From the human T2T-CHM13v2.0 reference genome, Homo sapiens: a DNA stretch of 64,000 nt. Numbering within the stretch: the stretch's first letter is position 1; every line of letters begins with the position of its first letter. Shown here piece by piece: positions 15,909 through 33,133 of the stretch. The stretch is from the NCBI RefSeq assembly GCF_009914755.1, contig NC_060928.1. One strand, given 5' to 3'. Under the pieces are notes generated by a model, which searched no databases, had not been told where the DNA came from, and saw only the letters and a list, made by a program, of their open reading frames with translations. A program made the translations under genes and the position numbers.

Positions 15909-16354
15909 CTACCACCCCCCAAATTTAAATAAAATATTGAAATAAAAATTTATTTTTTATAATTTTGAAAGTCATGTTAAATCCTCTGGGATTTTAAGGG
16001 AAAAGGAGTTCAAAAGGCACTTGTCTTAGTTATGTATTGGTGTGTATCAAATCACCTGAGAAGTTGATGGCTTAAAATACAAATATTGATTTTTTTCACA
16101 AATTCTTTGGGTTAGGAATCCGGGCATGGTTTATCTGGGTATTTTTCTTGTTCAACGTCACGTGATTACAGGCACCACATCACCTAGAGCAACAGTCTCA
16201 TCTGAAGGCTTGACTAGGGGAGGATTCATTTCCAGGCTCACTTATGTAGTTGTTGGAAGGATTTAGTTTCTTGCAGCCTGTTGGAATGAAGGCCTTAGTT
16301 AATTTCTGGCTGTTGGTTGGAGGCTTGTCTCAATTCTTTGCTATGTGGACGTCA

Positions 16355-17325
<971 letters not shown>

Positions 17326-18474
17326 TCTTGACAATATTCTATTAATTAGAATCAAGTCAGTGAGTCCAACTCATCCTCGAGAAAAGGGGACTAGGGGGCA
17401 GGTATCTCTGTGGACATCTTAGAGGCTGTCTGCAATAACACTAACTAGTTTTTCACCTTATTTATTTCAGGAAAATAATTATAGGTATTAATATTTATTC
17501 AGTGTCTTTTACTAACATGGAAAAAATAATCTTTACATGAGATGCCATTTATTTAAGGATGGCAAATTCTAGTCCTACCTTGAAGTATGTGAAATATTGG
17601 TAATTTTATTGACTTTAGGGGATGGTGGATGAATGAATATTAATTATCAAATAATGTTAAGGTTATAAGTAGAGTAACAAAGGGGGCTTACCTTGTAAAC
17701 TGAGGTAAGTCTTCTAGGTTGGCTATAGGTAGATGGCAATCATAGTTAACAATCTTCTCTTTGTTAAGGAATCACATGAAAACCTGTATCTTTCACCTGG
17801 ATTGTCACTGTAGCCATGTCTATACTAGGCATGGCAAAGCATGGTGTTATTTCTGGGATAAATAGCTAAGTGGACACAACCACCTCTGTGTTGCCTGTAT
17901 TTCTGCTTCTTGTTTCTCTTCATCTCTGCCAATCCCTGCTGGCAAGAGAAGATTTGAAACCAGTGACTTGTAGTCACATCCAAGAATTAACTCATTCGGT
18001 GAGATTTGTATTATAAGTCTGGCTTTGTGGAATGACAAGCTTTGTCCTCTGGTGAAGGCATTTCAGTAAACAGGTGGGAAAGAGGAAAGATCTCTGCAGA
18101 GGGAAAAGGCCTCGGTTCACATATTTAATAGGCAATTGCTCCCCCTTCTAAAGGTAAAGTCACACTTCTATTTCAAACATAAACAAAGTGTCATGAAGCA
18201 GTGGTGCTGAGCTGAAGGTCATTACGTTTCTGGGACACAGCAGACATGACCTCTGTTTCCTTTAAGAAAAACATAGTGTGTAGTTCTTATGTATTTTGGA
18301 GGACAGGAGGAAGAAACAATATTTAACTGCTGAAGAAGAGCACTAGCCTTTCTTTTATTTAGCTGAATGGAGAATTCTGAGAGGGACAAACATTGTACGA
18401 AATAGTGAATAAGGTGGACTTGACAATGGGGCTAGAAAGGTAGGAAACTGACATAAATTATATGCTGTGTATTG

Positions 18475-18754
<280 letters not shown>

Positions 18755-19059
18755 TGAGAAGCAGATATTATTATTTCCAGTTTTTAAATCAGAAAACTTG
18801 GGCTTAGTGAGGTTGGGTGATTTTCCACATCCTTACAATGAAGATAATGGTAGTTCATGTCTTATAGGGCTGTTGTGAGAATTAAATGGGTTAAAAACAT
18901 AAAAGTGCTTGATAAATGCCACCTTTGTTATCATTATGATAACTGCTATTTCCCAAGGTCACAGCGCCAGAAATTAGCTGGGAAAGAATATGCATTGGGA
19001 TACCTGACTCAACCTTTCCTGTTTCTCCTCAAACCGGTAATTTGATAGTTAGGGATGGG

Positions 19060-19900
19060 AGGTTCATTCAGGTGGGTGAGAGAGCAAGAAAGGCAGGAAG
19101 AATTGCAAGTTGTGGAGGCAAGAGGGCTGCGAGGAGGTTCATGTGACAAGAGCAGCTGAGGAGCGTGGGAGTTGATGTAGGCAGACACGAATTGCTTGAG
19201 GGTTTTAAAGTCAACTGTGATTTATTTGAATTTGATATAATATTGAGTGCCAAGGGAGGATCTTGGGAGGCCACATTATTTGGTCAAAGCAGGGGCGAGT
19301 AAAAGGTTTTAGAGGTGACATTCTCAGCTATGATGAATAAGAAAGAGAGGACGAGAAGCTTCTTTCAAGAATAAACCAAATCCTGGAATGGGAGGAAATA
19401 GCAAGCAGAAAATAACTCAGATGGGGCTGAATAGATATTGGGCTACTGGCTGCTGCCTTCGTTCCTGGCCATTTTTCCCCCTAGACATAGAGTCCTTGGT
19501 GGGTTTTGTAGAAAAAGCGTGGTTGTCACCTGGGGATGGGACATCAGCACTGTGGGAATGAATGATTTTGCAGGGAGCCAGAAATTCACAAGACTTGCCA
19601 ACACATTTTCCTGGTCTTATATTTGCCAGTAATGAGAACCAAATGAGGCGCAGCTTCCTCCAAAAGGCTGCGTCAATGGCACAGATGAGGGTTCGGAAGC
19701 ATGGAATTACCCTCAGCGGTTGGATGGTTGAAAGTGTGGTGAAAAACCCTAGGGTTCATGACTTCAGGACTTGTACTGGGGCAGGGATGGATTAATGTAA
19801 ATTGGAGGCAATGGAAATCACTGCAATGGAGAGGGAGGATGCCTGAAGCCACCGAAAGTCCTGAAGGCCCGTGAAGGGGTCTTTACACCAAGCGACAAGT
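19060..19900 (-). mobile_element. Possible highly diverged L2 internal fragment
   Basis: Purine-rich texture resembling antisense L2 ORF2; no diagnostic long match. Confidence 0.3.
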
Positions 19901-20015
19901 TTGGGCTTTGTGTTGAGGGAGAGAGTGGTAAATGCTATGCTCCTGTCCTCTTCTCTGATTATGGAACGGGATGAATAGGGGCATGGTCCCCTGTTTGCAT
20001 GTACTAATTGTGTCC

Positions 20016-20451
20016 TGTAAAAGCGAACTAAATATGACCTGAGAGGGACTCCATACTTCTATTATCTGAGTCCTTGTGGACAAACTGTAACCTAACTTAA
20101 TACGTAGATAAGGTTGAAAACTTCAGTTGGGAGTGTGTGCCAGTAACAGTGGCTGGGGCTTGGCCAATCCCAGCAGCCATACATCGACCACTCATACACT
20201 GCCGAGTGTTCAAACTGTGTTCAAATAAGGCAAATGCTGAGCTGTAACCAATCTAGTAGTTTCTGTACCTCACTTCTGATTTCTGTATGTCACTTCCCTT
20301 TTTTTTTTGCCCATCATTCTTCTTCCACTATGTGGCTGTGCTGGAGCCTCTGTGAATCTGCTGTGATTCCGGGGGCTGCCCCATTCGCGAATCGTTCATT
20401 GTTCAATTAAACTCCTTTAAATTTAATTTGGCTGAAGTTTTTCTTTTAACA
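20016..20451 (+). mobile_element. MER57A-like (ERV1) solo LTR
   Basis: tgtaaaagcgaactaaatatg...tttcttttaaca; perfect 4-bp TSD gtcc at 20012-20015 and 20452-20455. Confidence 0.9.
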
Positions 20452-20587
20452 GTCCTTTCCAAGGGGACGCCACCTTCTTTCAGCAGGTCAACAATTTTCA
20501 AGATGCTAGGCCATGGGGAAATGTATGAGGTTTGCCTGTGCCTTCCTGAGAGTCTACTAGACTGAGTTGGTGATCTTCCTCTTTCAC

Positions 20588-20915
20588 TGCTATGGTCTGA
20601 GTGTTTATGTTCCCCTAAAATTCGTATGTTGAAGCCCTAATGCGCAATGTGAAGGTTTTAGGAGGTGGGGTGTTTGGGAGATAATTAGGTTATGAGAGCA
20701 GAGCTCTTATGAATGAGATTAGTGCCTTAGAGCAGAGACCCCAGAGAGCTGTTTCGAGAGACAGTGCTATCTACGAGGAATGGGCTTTCCACACATGGAA
20801 TCTGCCAGTGCCTGGAGGTTGGACTTTCTAGACTCCAGGACGATGAGAAAGAAATGTTTGTTGCATACCCAGTTTACAGTACTTTTCATTGTAGCAGCAC
20901 AAATAGATCAAGATA
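20588..20915 (+). mobile_element. MLT1A-like LTR
   Basis: tgctatggtctgagtgtttatgttcccctaaaattcgtatgttgaa...ttaggaggtgggg. Confidence 0.85.
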
Positions 20916-22659
20916 CCCACCCTCAGATCCTGGCAAATTCTGAGCTGATCCTGAACTGGGTAGAAAATGTGTCAGCAACCTCAGCTCCCCTGCATGAGGG
21001 GGTCTGGAAGAAGCCTTGCTGCTATGGATACAGAGTCACAAGCAACAAGAATGAGCCCTGCCTCAATCCCTCTGAGGGACCGTGGTTGCTTATCTCTCTT
21101 GCTGTATGTCCTGTGAATTGATGGATTACCAGGAACCTGCTGGAACCCTCAGTGTTATTTTCAGTGGAAGCATTTGCTTTTGTTACTTGATGCTCTGTTA
21201 GATCCCTTCAGATATTGTAAACTGCTGGGACAATCTTATTTCATGTAATTTTCTAAGTTCTTGACACTCCAAAATAGGCTTTCTTGTCAATTCAAGGGTT
21301 TAGGTTTGCAGAAGTTTCCATATTCCGAAGGTACCAGAGCCCACTGGCATCATGGGGAGAATGACAAGGAATGGGAATAGTTATCCCAGGCTTCCTAACC
21401 TCGTTTATATCATGATACTGTTTGCACTGTCCAGATATGCTGGAAAAAATAAACGAATTTACCTAGAGGTTCTGGTCTCCTGGCCCCATCCTTGAGAACT
21501 AAAGGGATTAACGTCATGCTACATTTCATACTGGTTAGGAAGTTGTGAACTACCTTATCATGGGTAATATTTGACTTATTTGAAGACTGTGGCCCAAGGC
21601 ACCTAACAATTTTCCCATTGAATGTTTACAGGTTTGGGCTGTGGTGGCCTCTCCCTTTTTTAGTCACTACTGCCTGCTTTTTCTGAATGCATCTTGCTTA
21701 GTTCATTCTTCTTTCTTTTGCTTCTTTAATTCCCAGTTCTCAACTCCTCTCCACCTGTCCACCACATCCTAGTCCATTTCCACTAGCTTCCATTAGGAGT
21801 GCATTCTCTCAGTCTCTCTTCCAGCCCACTCTGCTCACGTGGGAGCTCTTGGAGGGCTGCATGGGAGGGTGGTGTGGCCCAGTGGAAGCAGCCAAAGATT
21901 TTGAGTCACACTACCTGAAACTTAAATCTCAGGTCTGCCGCTTATTAGCTTGGTGAACTTGGGCAAATTACCTGTGCAATGGAAAAATAACAGTTCTAAT
22001 AGAGATCATGTAGTTAAAATGGTAGAGACCACTTAGCAAATATCAGTTATTATTAATTACCCATCTTCCTGTCAGTGGTTAACACTGTCTTGGACTACAG
22101 CTGTTATTCAGACTCTGATAGAGGTTGAAATCCTGCCTTTGCCCTCTGTCCCCCACAAAAAGATCTTGGGCGATTGAATTGCCGTTCCCAAGTCCATGCG
22201 TTAAAGTTCATGATACTGACTTACATAAGAGATCTGAAGTGTTTTTAAACTTCTCTAATTCTAAGTACCACAGTGAGTTGGTGCCAGTCACAGTAGAATA
22301 GAAGCTGTAAACCAGGAGGGCAGCAAAGGATCGGCCAAATGACACCAGCAAGATCCTAGAGGAGGGAGGAGCCAGAAAAATGTCTAGCAATTTGGTGTGA
22401 GAACTGTGATAGCTGAGACCATAGTTTTGGCTGCAAAGCATGTTGGGACCACAATGGCTGACAACCTGGAAAGGAGAAATTGGGACCAAGAGGGTTTGGG
22501 GTAACAGAAAAATGTGCTAGGATCTATGCAGTGTGGAAAGGCCAATCTCAATTTTCTCATCCAGCACGTGCTTGGTAGTTAGTGTGGTCCCGAATGGCTG
22601 TGCTGGTGATGGGTGTGGAAGCAAGGTGACGAGTCAGAAACATCTTTGAGTGCTGCTCT

Positions 22660-22900
22660 TGTGCGTATCCCACTGGATCCTTGCAGAAATATTGTTAATG
22701 TACGTATTTTCCAGATGAAGACACTGAGGGTTAGGGAGCTTAAATAACTTTGTTTAAGGTCAAATGTCTTGTGAGTGGAAGAAGGAGTAGTTCCTCATGT
22801 CAGTCTGTCTTTAAACTCCAGTTCTTTAATTTTTTATTCTTTTGAGACAGGGCCTTGCTCGTTGCTAAAGTCCAATTCTCTATCGCTATATCATGCTATG
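22660..22900 (-). mobile_element. MIR carrying a tiny Alu fragment
   Basis: attttccagatgaagacactgaggg...aaataactttgtttaaggtca. Confidence 0.7.
22827..22865 (-). mobile_element. Ultra-truncated Alu 3' end (about 40 bp)
   Basis: ttttgagacagggccttgctcgttgc between taaactccagttct and taaagtccaattct. Confidence 0.65.
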
Positions 22901-23848
22901 TCTCTGGAAGCAGCTGAGCCATCAGAAATAAGTGAAATTACATTCAATGAACTCTGCTTGATAATGTAGGCAAGCAGGCAATATCCTTTAGGAAAACAAA
23001 AAGCTAACAATCAAGCCTTAGGTATCTGAATAAACCACTTAGGTGGAGTAAACAGATAGAAGAAAGGAAACATTGAAATGCTTTATCATATCAGGACTTT
23101 TAGTTTTGTAGGGCAGGCAGAGACATCAGCTTTTTGCTTCTCTCTTGGTAGACATCCATTCCCTTGTTCCTGTTTCGGTGCAGAGCCTCCAGTTCATGGT
23201 TTGGATCCAAAACTTACTGTGTTTCCACAGTTTGTGGACTTTAAGGTCATGATGCTTTTTCTTAAAACAATATCAAGGATATCAAAATTTTTGTAAATGA
23301 TGGTTTATAGATCCAGATCTGTGATTTCTGCAGGACAATGAGAATGCCTTTGAAATTGATCTGTGAAGGATTAAAAAACTGTGTCTAAGTTTATGGAGAC
23401 TTATTCTGATTTTTCTCTCTGATATCATTGGTTGGTCACTTCTGTTCTCTCAACCCAATTTTTCCCTTAAGTTGTATACTTTTTTCTGGCATAACATCAA
23501 TTTCTTCAGATTGCATTTTTTATTTGTCCATGGAATGAATGCCTGTGCTCCTAAGTAATACTTCAGAATATGATTCTTTTTTTGGTATAAAATGCTTTGT
23601 TTCTGAAACCATTCTGAGACTCTATAATGTGCTCGTTCCATTTGTCTATGGACACTAAGATAATTTTCTGAAAACACAGAATGGTAAGAATGGTTACAAA
23701 CCCCTACAATTTAGCTTGAAAGCTGGCATCAAAATCCAAATTCTGCTCAGATGTATTTTAAAGAGTATTTATATTGACTGTTAAAATAACAAAGCATATT
23801 ATTTTAAAAACAGCCACTTTACTTTTGAATGCTGTATTTGAGCCTTTG

Positions 23849-24008
23849 TCTCCTTCCTTCCCTTCCTTCCTTCCCTTCCTCCCTCCCTCCCTCCCTCCCT
23901 CCTTCCTTCCTTCCTTCCTTCCTTCCTTCCTTCCTTCCTTCCTTCCTTCCTTCCTTCCCTGCTTCCTTCCTTCCTTCCCTGCTTCCTTTCTTCTTCTTTC
24001 CTTCTTTC
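23849..24008. repeat. (CCTT)n/(CCCT)n compound microsatellite
   Basis: About 160-bp polypyrimidine tetranucleotide array. Confidence 0.95.
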
Positions 24009-24009
24009 A

Positions 24010-25510
24010 ATTCTCCTTCCACAAACAGTCATTAAATACCTACCCTCTGTCAAACCTGTTCTAGGCTCTGGTATGTTTGAAGAAAAACAAGGAAGCCACC
24101 ATATCTGGAGCAGAGTGGGTGAAGGGGAGATGGTAGATGAAACCAGAGAGATGGAGAAATGAGAGATAACAACATCCTACAGGCCATTGCAAAATGTCAG
24201 CTTTTGCTCTGATAAAATGGAAGCTATCAGAGAGTTTGAGCAGAGGAATGACATCATCCCACTTACAGGATCGCTCTGTTAGTGTACTGAGAATAGACTG
24301 TAGAGAGAACAGAAGTAGAAACAGAAAGATAATTAGGAAACGTTTGTAATAGTCTCAGCAAAAAATAATGGACCTTGGACCAGGGTGGAGTTGGTGAGAA
24401 GTGGTCAGATTCTGGATGTATCTGGAAGACAGAATCAATAGAATTTGCAAGTAGAGTGGCAGTGAGGTATGAGGAGTCAGGGATAATTTCTAGGAGTTTG
24501 GTCTGAGTAACCACAAAAAAGGAAATAGTTATTATGATGTGAGGTAGGAATACTAAGAGTTCAGTTTTAGACATGTTGGGTTAGAGATGCTATATGGCAG
24601 ATGCACCTGGCAGTAATAACTTAAGCATTACCCAAGAACTACCTTGTATGGCAGACCCACCAAAATGTGTGTGCCAAACTCTGAGCTAAGGAATCCCAAA
24701 GTGTTCAACCTAGAGATTCATTCTTTATCTATGATGAACATCTGAGCTCCAATACCATCCTGTACATGGGATGGAGGTCCTTTGTTTTGGGTTAAATAAC
24801 GGTTTTCAGGTGGAGGTTGTTAGGAAGAGGGTGCTAAGTGAAAAATGCTACATAAACTGCATGTTATCTGTAGGCTGTGTTGGTTCTCCTGGCCAGGAAG
24901 CCACCACTGGACTGCTCTGTATGTAAGTTCCCTTCAGTAAACACTATGTTATATTTTCCAGCTCCGAGTAGCTTCTTCAAGGCTTTGAACCTGGTGTCAT
25001 GACTGTTGTAGCTAACAGGTGTCTGGCAAACAGATGCCTGTTAAGTGTCCAGGTGGAGATGTTATCTATGCAGTTGTATTTGTAACTTTAATTGATGGGT
25101 GAGTTTGGATTAAAGCTAATAATTTGGAAGCCTTCTGTGTATAGTTGGTATTTAAAGCTAGGAGACTAGATAAGATTTCTAAAGAAGTGACTGATGAGTG
25201 GGAAGGAAAGAAAGTTCAAGGACTGTGTGGACGCACTTATGTTTGCAGGTTAGGGAGATGAAGAGAAACCAGCCAAGAAGACTGAGAATTGGCTGAATGA
25301 AGAAGAGAGTGTTTCAAGAAGAAGAGAGCAATAAAGTATGCCACATGCTGCTATTAAGTCCATTGAGATAAGTACTGAGAACTGTTATTGGACAATTAAT
25401 ATAGGGAGTGGATGGAGATGGCAAGAACAGACAATTGCATTGAGGTGTGTTGCTGGGAAGAGGTTCAGAAAAGTAGGCTAGTTGCTGGAAGAAGATAATA
25501 ATTCAAGATA
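24010..25510 (-). mobile_element. L2 interrupted by an LTR
   Basis: gagcagaggaatgacatcatc, gaagtggtcagattctggatgtatc; ttttagacatgttgggttagagatgc and ctgttaagtgtccaggtggagatg rejoin across the LTR. Confidence 0.85.
24591..25032 (+). mobile_element. ERVL-class solo LTR (LTR47-like; family name tentative)
   Basis: tatatggcagatgcacctggcagtaataacttaagc...aaaca with perfect 5-bp TSD gatgc at 24586-24590 and 25033-25037. Confidence 0.75.
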
Positions 25511-25992
25511 AATTGATATTTAACTAATTATCTCATAATGAACTGTAGTGGAAGGTGGAAATACAAGTGACCCAGAACATCTCAACTCCCTTTCATATTT
25601 TCTGAGAAGACTGAATATCCTATACACATTCTGTATTAACCATCTGAGAGTCACTGATTATAAACTTTGGGTTTTCAGGTCTAGGAACTTTTGTGACAAA
25701 AGAATCTAAGAGAACATTTCTATGCTTAATTAGATTACTTAGAGCTCAATCTAATTAGGACTCTGATAAGAAGTATTACATACATTTCAGCTATTTCTAC
25801 TGACATATTTTCATTAAATTATAAATTTACTTGCTTAAAATATTTATTGAACACCTACTATGTATGTGTGAGTCAGTTGCTATGAACTGAAAGGTGGGTG
25901 AGGTGTTATCCTGAAAGGGTAAACATGTAAACAAGTAATGACAGCACAAATCAATTTAGGCTATACTGGAAATACATTCAAAGTGCTGTAGT

Positions 25993-27393
<1,401 letters not shown>

Positions 27394-27983
27394 AAAGTGC
27401 TGTAGTCACAGTAAGTAGCAGAACACAGCAAAAAGGGCAGCAGAAAGACTTATAGGGCCACCAAAAGAAGAAATAGGATTTAGACCTCCAATAGGAGGTT
27501 AGGCTGGGTAATGCTGAGAGGTCATGCAAACTTGACCCTATGAAAATCATCAATGCAATTCTATCTCCAGGCATGAGGAGTCAGGCTCACATATCTATGG
27601 GAAAGTGGTTATCATGATACCGGAGATAGAGAGGTTGTAAACTCCTATGGATATTTAACAGGGCTAGCATATGGCCAATTGATGCCCTAAGCACTGTCCA
27701 ACAGTGGCTCCTCCTGGGCCCTGCCACTGCTTAAAATCAAGAGCTTAAGGGTCTGTTACACAAATCAGCTGATGAGTTAAGTGCTAGCCAGATCCAGTCA
27801 GTTGTGTTGCACTGGAAGGGAACCAGACACTCTCACTCCATGAGATTAAAAACAAATGTGATATCTGATGACACCTTCAAACCAAAGTTTTAAACTTTAG
27901 TTACTCATCATGGCCAAGAAAACATTTCCTAAGCAATGGAAATTAAAGTCAAACACTCCAAGGAGATAATAATAAAAAATTCT

Positions 27984-28314
<331 letters not shown>

Positions 28315-31019
28315 TTAAAAGCATGCACCTAACTAGCTTTTTCTCCTAACTAGGGAGAAAACTACCAGGTGTCCCCTCCCTTCCCTTCCTGTCCTAAGCA
28401 CAGACTTACTTTGCTTAATGGCTAATCCAGGCCTCGTGTTAGCAATGCCAGCTGGTAAATAGCAACATGATTCAGATTTGAAGCATGGTTTAAGGAACAG
28501 TTATTACACACGGTTGAGCCTAGAGGGAGAGTCAGAATAATCATGGTGTGGGGGTAATTTGAAAGAGTGCAGATCTGGGTAATGATAAATCATATTCCCC
28601 TCTTGTATGCTAAGAGCTCACATCCTGACAGTTACTCCTTTGGAGGACAATGACCACCACCGCCAACACAACAACACTACAACTATAGAAGGAGGATAAA
28701 TTAACTCTTTAAATAGAAGACTTACTATATATTTGACACCGTGCTAAGAATTTATTATGAATTATGCCATTGAGTCATGTTAACATTTATGATATAAGTA
28801 ATATTGCTAGACATACTTTGCATATGAGAAAATCGAGATTCAAAGAGTCAAATGGAATTGGGATTTGAATCCAGGTGGGTTTGGCTCTATCTCCATTCCA
28901 CAAAGATATTTATGTCCATAATATGTCTTTCTTGCTGCAGTATAAACTCAGTAGACCATGTGCATCTAGTTGACCCTGGCAACCCTCCTGATGCCACCAT
29001 AGGGCATGGCAGGCAATAAGTTTATTGAGTAAATGAGTGAATGAATACAGCCTGCATCAATAATTACAGACACCTTTTTTTTATAATTCCTAAAGTATTT
29101 CATTTGTAATAAAACTCTTGCAAAAGGACACTAATAAAGTCATAAAAGACTGGCTATCTAAAACATTACTCTAGCCATCATCTTATTCATTTTCAGTATC
29201 AGCCTGGGATTTCTCATTTAAAAAGGGATAAGTCTCATTAAACAAGAATCCTGAGACAACCAGCGTGCAATATGTATGAGTATATATGCATTTTCTCTCA
29301 TGTAGTGATGATTTGTGTGTTTAATTTTTTATCTCTAATAAAGAATTAAATTGTTTAGTGACCTGAAAATTGAAAATTTTCCCTGTACCAAGACAAAAAT
29401 GATCATTTCCGGACTGAGTGTGAATAAATGTTCCCTGGTTATCACTTTAGTTCTTCACCAGTTGAATGTCAGAGTTGTGTATTTTCCTGATTAATTATTA
29501 GTCTAGGAAATGACTATGTGCTGTTATGCTTCACAATTAATACTCAGACTGTTTTGAAAGAAAGATAATTTGGTGTTTTGAAAGGGAGATAATTTTGTGT
29601 TTTCTGGCTCATTCTTCAGGGATAAAAGTAAAGTGGAGAATATGCTCTTCTAGTCTTTATTGCAGTGGAGACAGAAGTTGATTAATTAAGTTGTCACCTA
29701 ACTATAAAAAACCCATGTCAGTTATTTTACAACTTTAATAAAGTTTTTAGAAATTTACATCAAAATTTTAATCAACATTACATGTATTATTTATAATACC
29801 CGGATAGTATCACTGTGGTATATTTATAAGCATTGTGCACTGGTGCAGAATTTCAAACTTGATTCTTCATTAAATTTTAATTCCTGAACTTAGCTCCTCT
29901 AGGTGAACACAGATAGGAAATAACAAAGTCCTCACCCATCTTGGAAAGGAAAATGCTTCCCAGGCATTTCACGGCTTCCTCAAGCCCAGGGGGATATGCC
30001 TAATGGGTGTCCCCCACATTCCCCAATGACTTTGACACTTCCTTTCCATTTTTGCCTGTTGAATTGCTGAGTTTACCAATATTCCTGTACGCTCAGCATT
30101 GTTCCAGCAAACCAGGGGTAAAATTACTTAAAAAAAAAAACACTGAATATCTTGGAGGAAATAGATTTTCCAAAGTAAAAGCATGATGGGGGAAAAATGC
30201 AGGAAACAGCAGGAAGGGATTGAGTAGGTGGAGGAGTATATCTGACACATAAAAAATTCATGCTGAGCCTTCCTAAGCTGCTCAAATGAAAAGTGATTAA
30301 GGCAAAACTAATGTCTGCATGTCATTTAGAGGAGGAAAGACACACTTTTTAGAGCTGACTTTAATTTTATTCTTAGAATTTATGTGAAGGGAAGGGAATG
30401 TGGGAAATGCAATTAAAATAAAATTTTCGTTCAACATGTGCTGTTTAGATTGGCACTCATATTAATTCAAAGAAAGGGAAAATTATCATCAAATATTTAG
30501 CATCCTTTTGTGTGAGTATAACAAGTTCAGTAAACACAGTCTCTAACTTTTTGGAGTTATCGCTTTAAGGCAGAATTAAGATATGGTAGGCAGAAATCTG
30601 ACCGTTTAGAGACAGGGACAGTATTCGCTATGGCTTGAGATAAGCAGAATAAACAAATATCTACTTATGCAGGAACTAGGCTTCAGAGTTTGAAAAGCAG
30701 AACTTTAAAGCCTGCATGTATCACAAGCACTCTTTCCACGGAATAATTGTTCTGTTCATTTTAAAAATAGCTTTGGAATGACTAAGGCCCCTTTTCAAAG
30801 ATTATTGACACCTTAGTTAATATTTGCTAGCCAAAAAAAAAAAAGTTTCTCAAATTTGCCAATGGGCAAATGGCTCACTTTCAGATTAAATGATGAAAGC
30901 TTTTCCTAAAAAGGTGCAGCATAAATAATGCCTTTGCTCTTTGTCTAATGCAACTGATTAGCAATCACCAAATGCTCTAAGGACATAACAATTCCTTCAA
31001 ATTTCCAGTGAGGAGGCTA

Positions 31020-31658
31020 ATTATACATTGGCCACTGGCTGGCCACATGGCCCTGGAGATATAATTTGTTTGGTCCATAAAGAATTATTGTTGATTTTCT
31101 TTTAAAATAAACATTTAATAATTGGGAAATTTTATCTAAATATCTACATTTATGGTTTCTTTTAAAAATATGTCTCTGCCATATTTTCACATAGCCACAA
31201 ATCAGTTGCAGCTGAGAACATCTGCCCCTTTAGATTCCAAAGTTCTCCAGTTTCTTGATGTTTCTCAACATTTTTATCATTATCATTACCCTAAGAAAGT
31301 TTCTTTTGAGGATATTTTTCCCCTCCTAATTGCCTATCCATTCCCAGAATATTTTAATAACGTAAACACACTGTGTATCGGTTTATCTATGGTGGCCATT
31401 TGGAAGACCACAAGCCGTTGTACTACCTAAGGATTTTGCACTTCTCAGTAAAAAATTTTTGCCCCCTTGTGAATGATATCACCCCTATGGAGAATGCATG
31501 CTGCTCTAAACCTTGTGGTTCGGCAACACTGAGACTGAGTGTGTTTTGTGGAACTAAAAATAAAGTATGAAAAAATTGGAGGACTATAAATCTTATACCT
31601 CCCTTATTTTAGTCCTTAAATGCCTGCCCCCTGTGGGCATTTAAGTTTGCAGTCTCTG
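31020..31658 (+). mobile_element. MER102-like hAT MITE with a second hAT MITE (MER106-like) at about 31270-31500
   Basis: tttgtttggtcca, tgcccctttaga...ctccagtt, terminal cccctgtgggcatttaagtttgcagtctctg; inner end gatatcacccctatggagaatgcatg. Confidence 0.55.
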
Positions 31659-32422
31659 ATCCATATGGGATAGAGAGAAATCATCTTTACGACCTCTAAG
31701 GGATTCTAAGTTGAGCCTCTTGTCTGTGAGTACTCTGTCCTGGATGGCCACAGCCTTCTGTGCTGAGCTGTAGGAACCGTTTCTTCAATGATTTCCTCAG
31801 GTGAATGCAAGATGAGTGCTTTTTAATTCAGAAAGGAGATGATTGAGAATGTGCTCTGGTCTTGATAGACTGAATTCGTCATTTATCTGATCATGGTTTG
31901 TGCTCAAGAAATATTTATTGAAACTTACTCTTATATCTAGCACCGTGCTAGGTCACTGACACCAGTAGAACTCCATAGGCATCATGAACTGAACACAGTG
32001 ATGATTTTGATCATGAGATTCCTTTGATTTCCTAGTCTCATGGTTGGGGTTTTGGTAAAAGTTAGTAATGAGGGATTTTAAATAATCAATCTTTAAATAC
32101 TGAAAATGGAAGTGTGAGCAAAAGTAGGAGGAATCTACCGATTTCCTGACCATTGATGCAGGTTGGTATGTCAGTGCAATTTGCCTGTGACATAGTTTTC
32201 CTTATGAATGAAGCTTGTATGTGTATTAAAACAGAATAAGAAAATACAAAGCTGTAAGAGGCTGACAGTAGGAATTTTGATACAGGAAGATGTATCTTTT
32301 GATCTCATGAAAACAAAGGTAGGGTTCAACTGTTGGGTTTCATTTGATAATTAGGAGATAGGCTGGATTGAGGACTAGTTCTGGGCTGAATGCATAATTC
32401 CCATCAAGAGGCTTTTGGTAAT

Positions 32423-33133
32423 TGCTGGAGACCAAATGTTTGTGTCTCCCCAAACTTTATACATTGAAATTCTTACTTCCAATGTGATGGCATTAGGAGG
32501 TGGGGCCTTTGGGAGGGTAATTAGGTTGTGAAGTGGAGGTTGATTAGTTCCCTTATAGAAAAGTCCTTGTAGAGCACCCTCATCCCTTCTGCCATGGGAG
32601 GACACATTGAGAAGACAGCCATCTGTATTAGTCTGTTCTTATGCTGCTAATAAAGAAATACCCGAGATTGAGTAATTTATAAAGGAAAGAGGCTTAAGGG
32701 ACTCACAGTTCCACATGGCTGTAGAGGCCTCACAGTAATGGCAGAAGATGAAGGACAAGCAACGGTACTACCTATGTGGTGGCAGGCAAGAGAGCTTGTG
32801 CAGGGGAACTCCCACTTACAGAACCATCAGATCTCGTGAGACTTATTCACTACCACAAGAACAGTATGGGGGAAACCGCCCTCAGGATTCAATTACTCAA
32901 CCTGGCCCTGCCCTTGACATGTGGGGACTATTACAATTCAAGGTGAGATTTGGGTGGAGACACAGCCATATCACCATCTATGAACCAGGAAGTTAGCGTT
33001 CATCAGACACTGAATCTGTCAAAACCTTGATCTTGGATTCCCAGGCTTCAGAGCTGTGAGAAATAAATTATTGTTGTTTATAAGCCATCCAGTCTATGGC
33101 ATTTTGTTATAGCAGCCTGCATTGACTAAGACA
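32423..33133 (+). mobile_element. MLT1A-like LTR split by THE1
   Basis: aatgtttgtgtctcccc...gagaagacagccatc then tatgaaccaggaag...gactaagaca. Confidence 0.88.
32624..32973 (-). mobile_element. THE1B/C solo LTR
   Basis: tgtattagtctg...ccatatca; perfect 5-bp TSD ccatc at 32619-32623 and 32974-32978. Confidence 0.93.

Noticed and set aside
23774-24064. PSFL/GRKE-repeat ORFs here and at 4852-5268
   Set aside because: Translations of (CCTT)n microsatellites.
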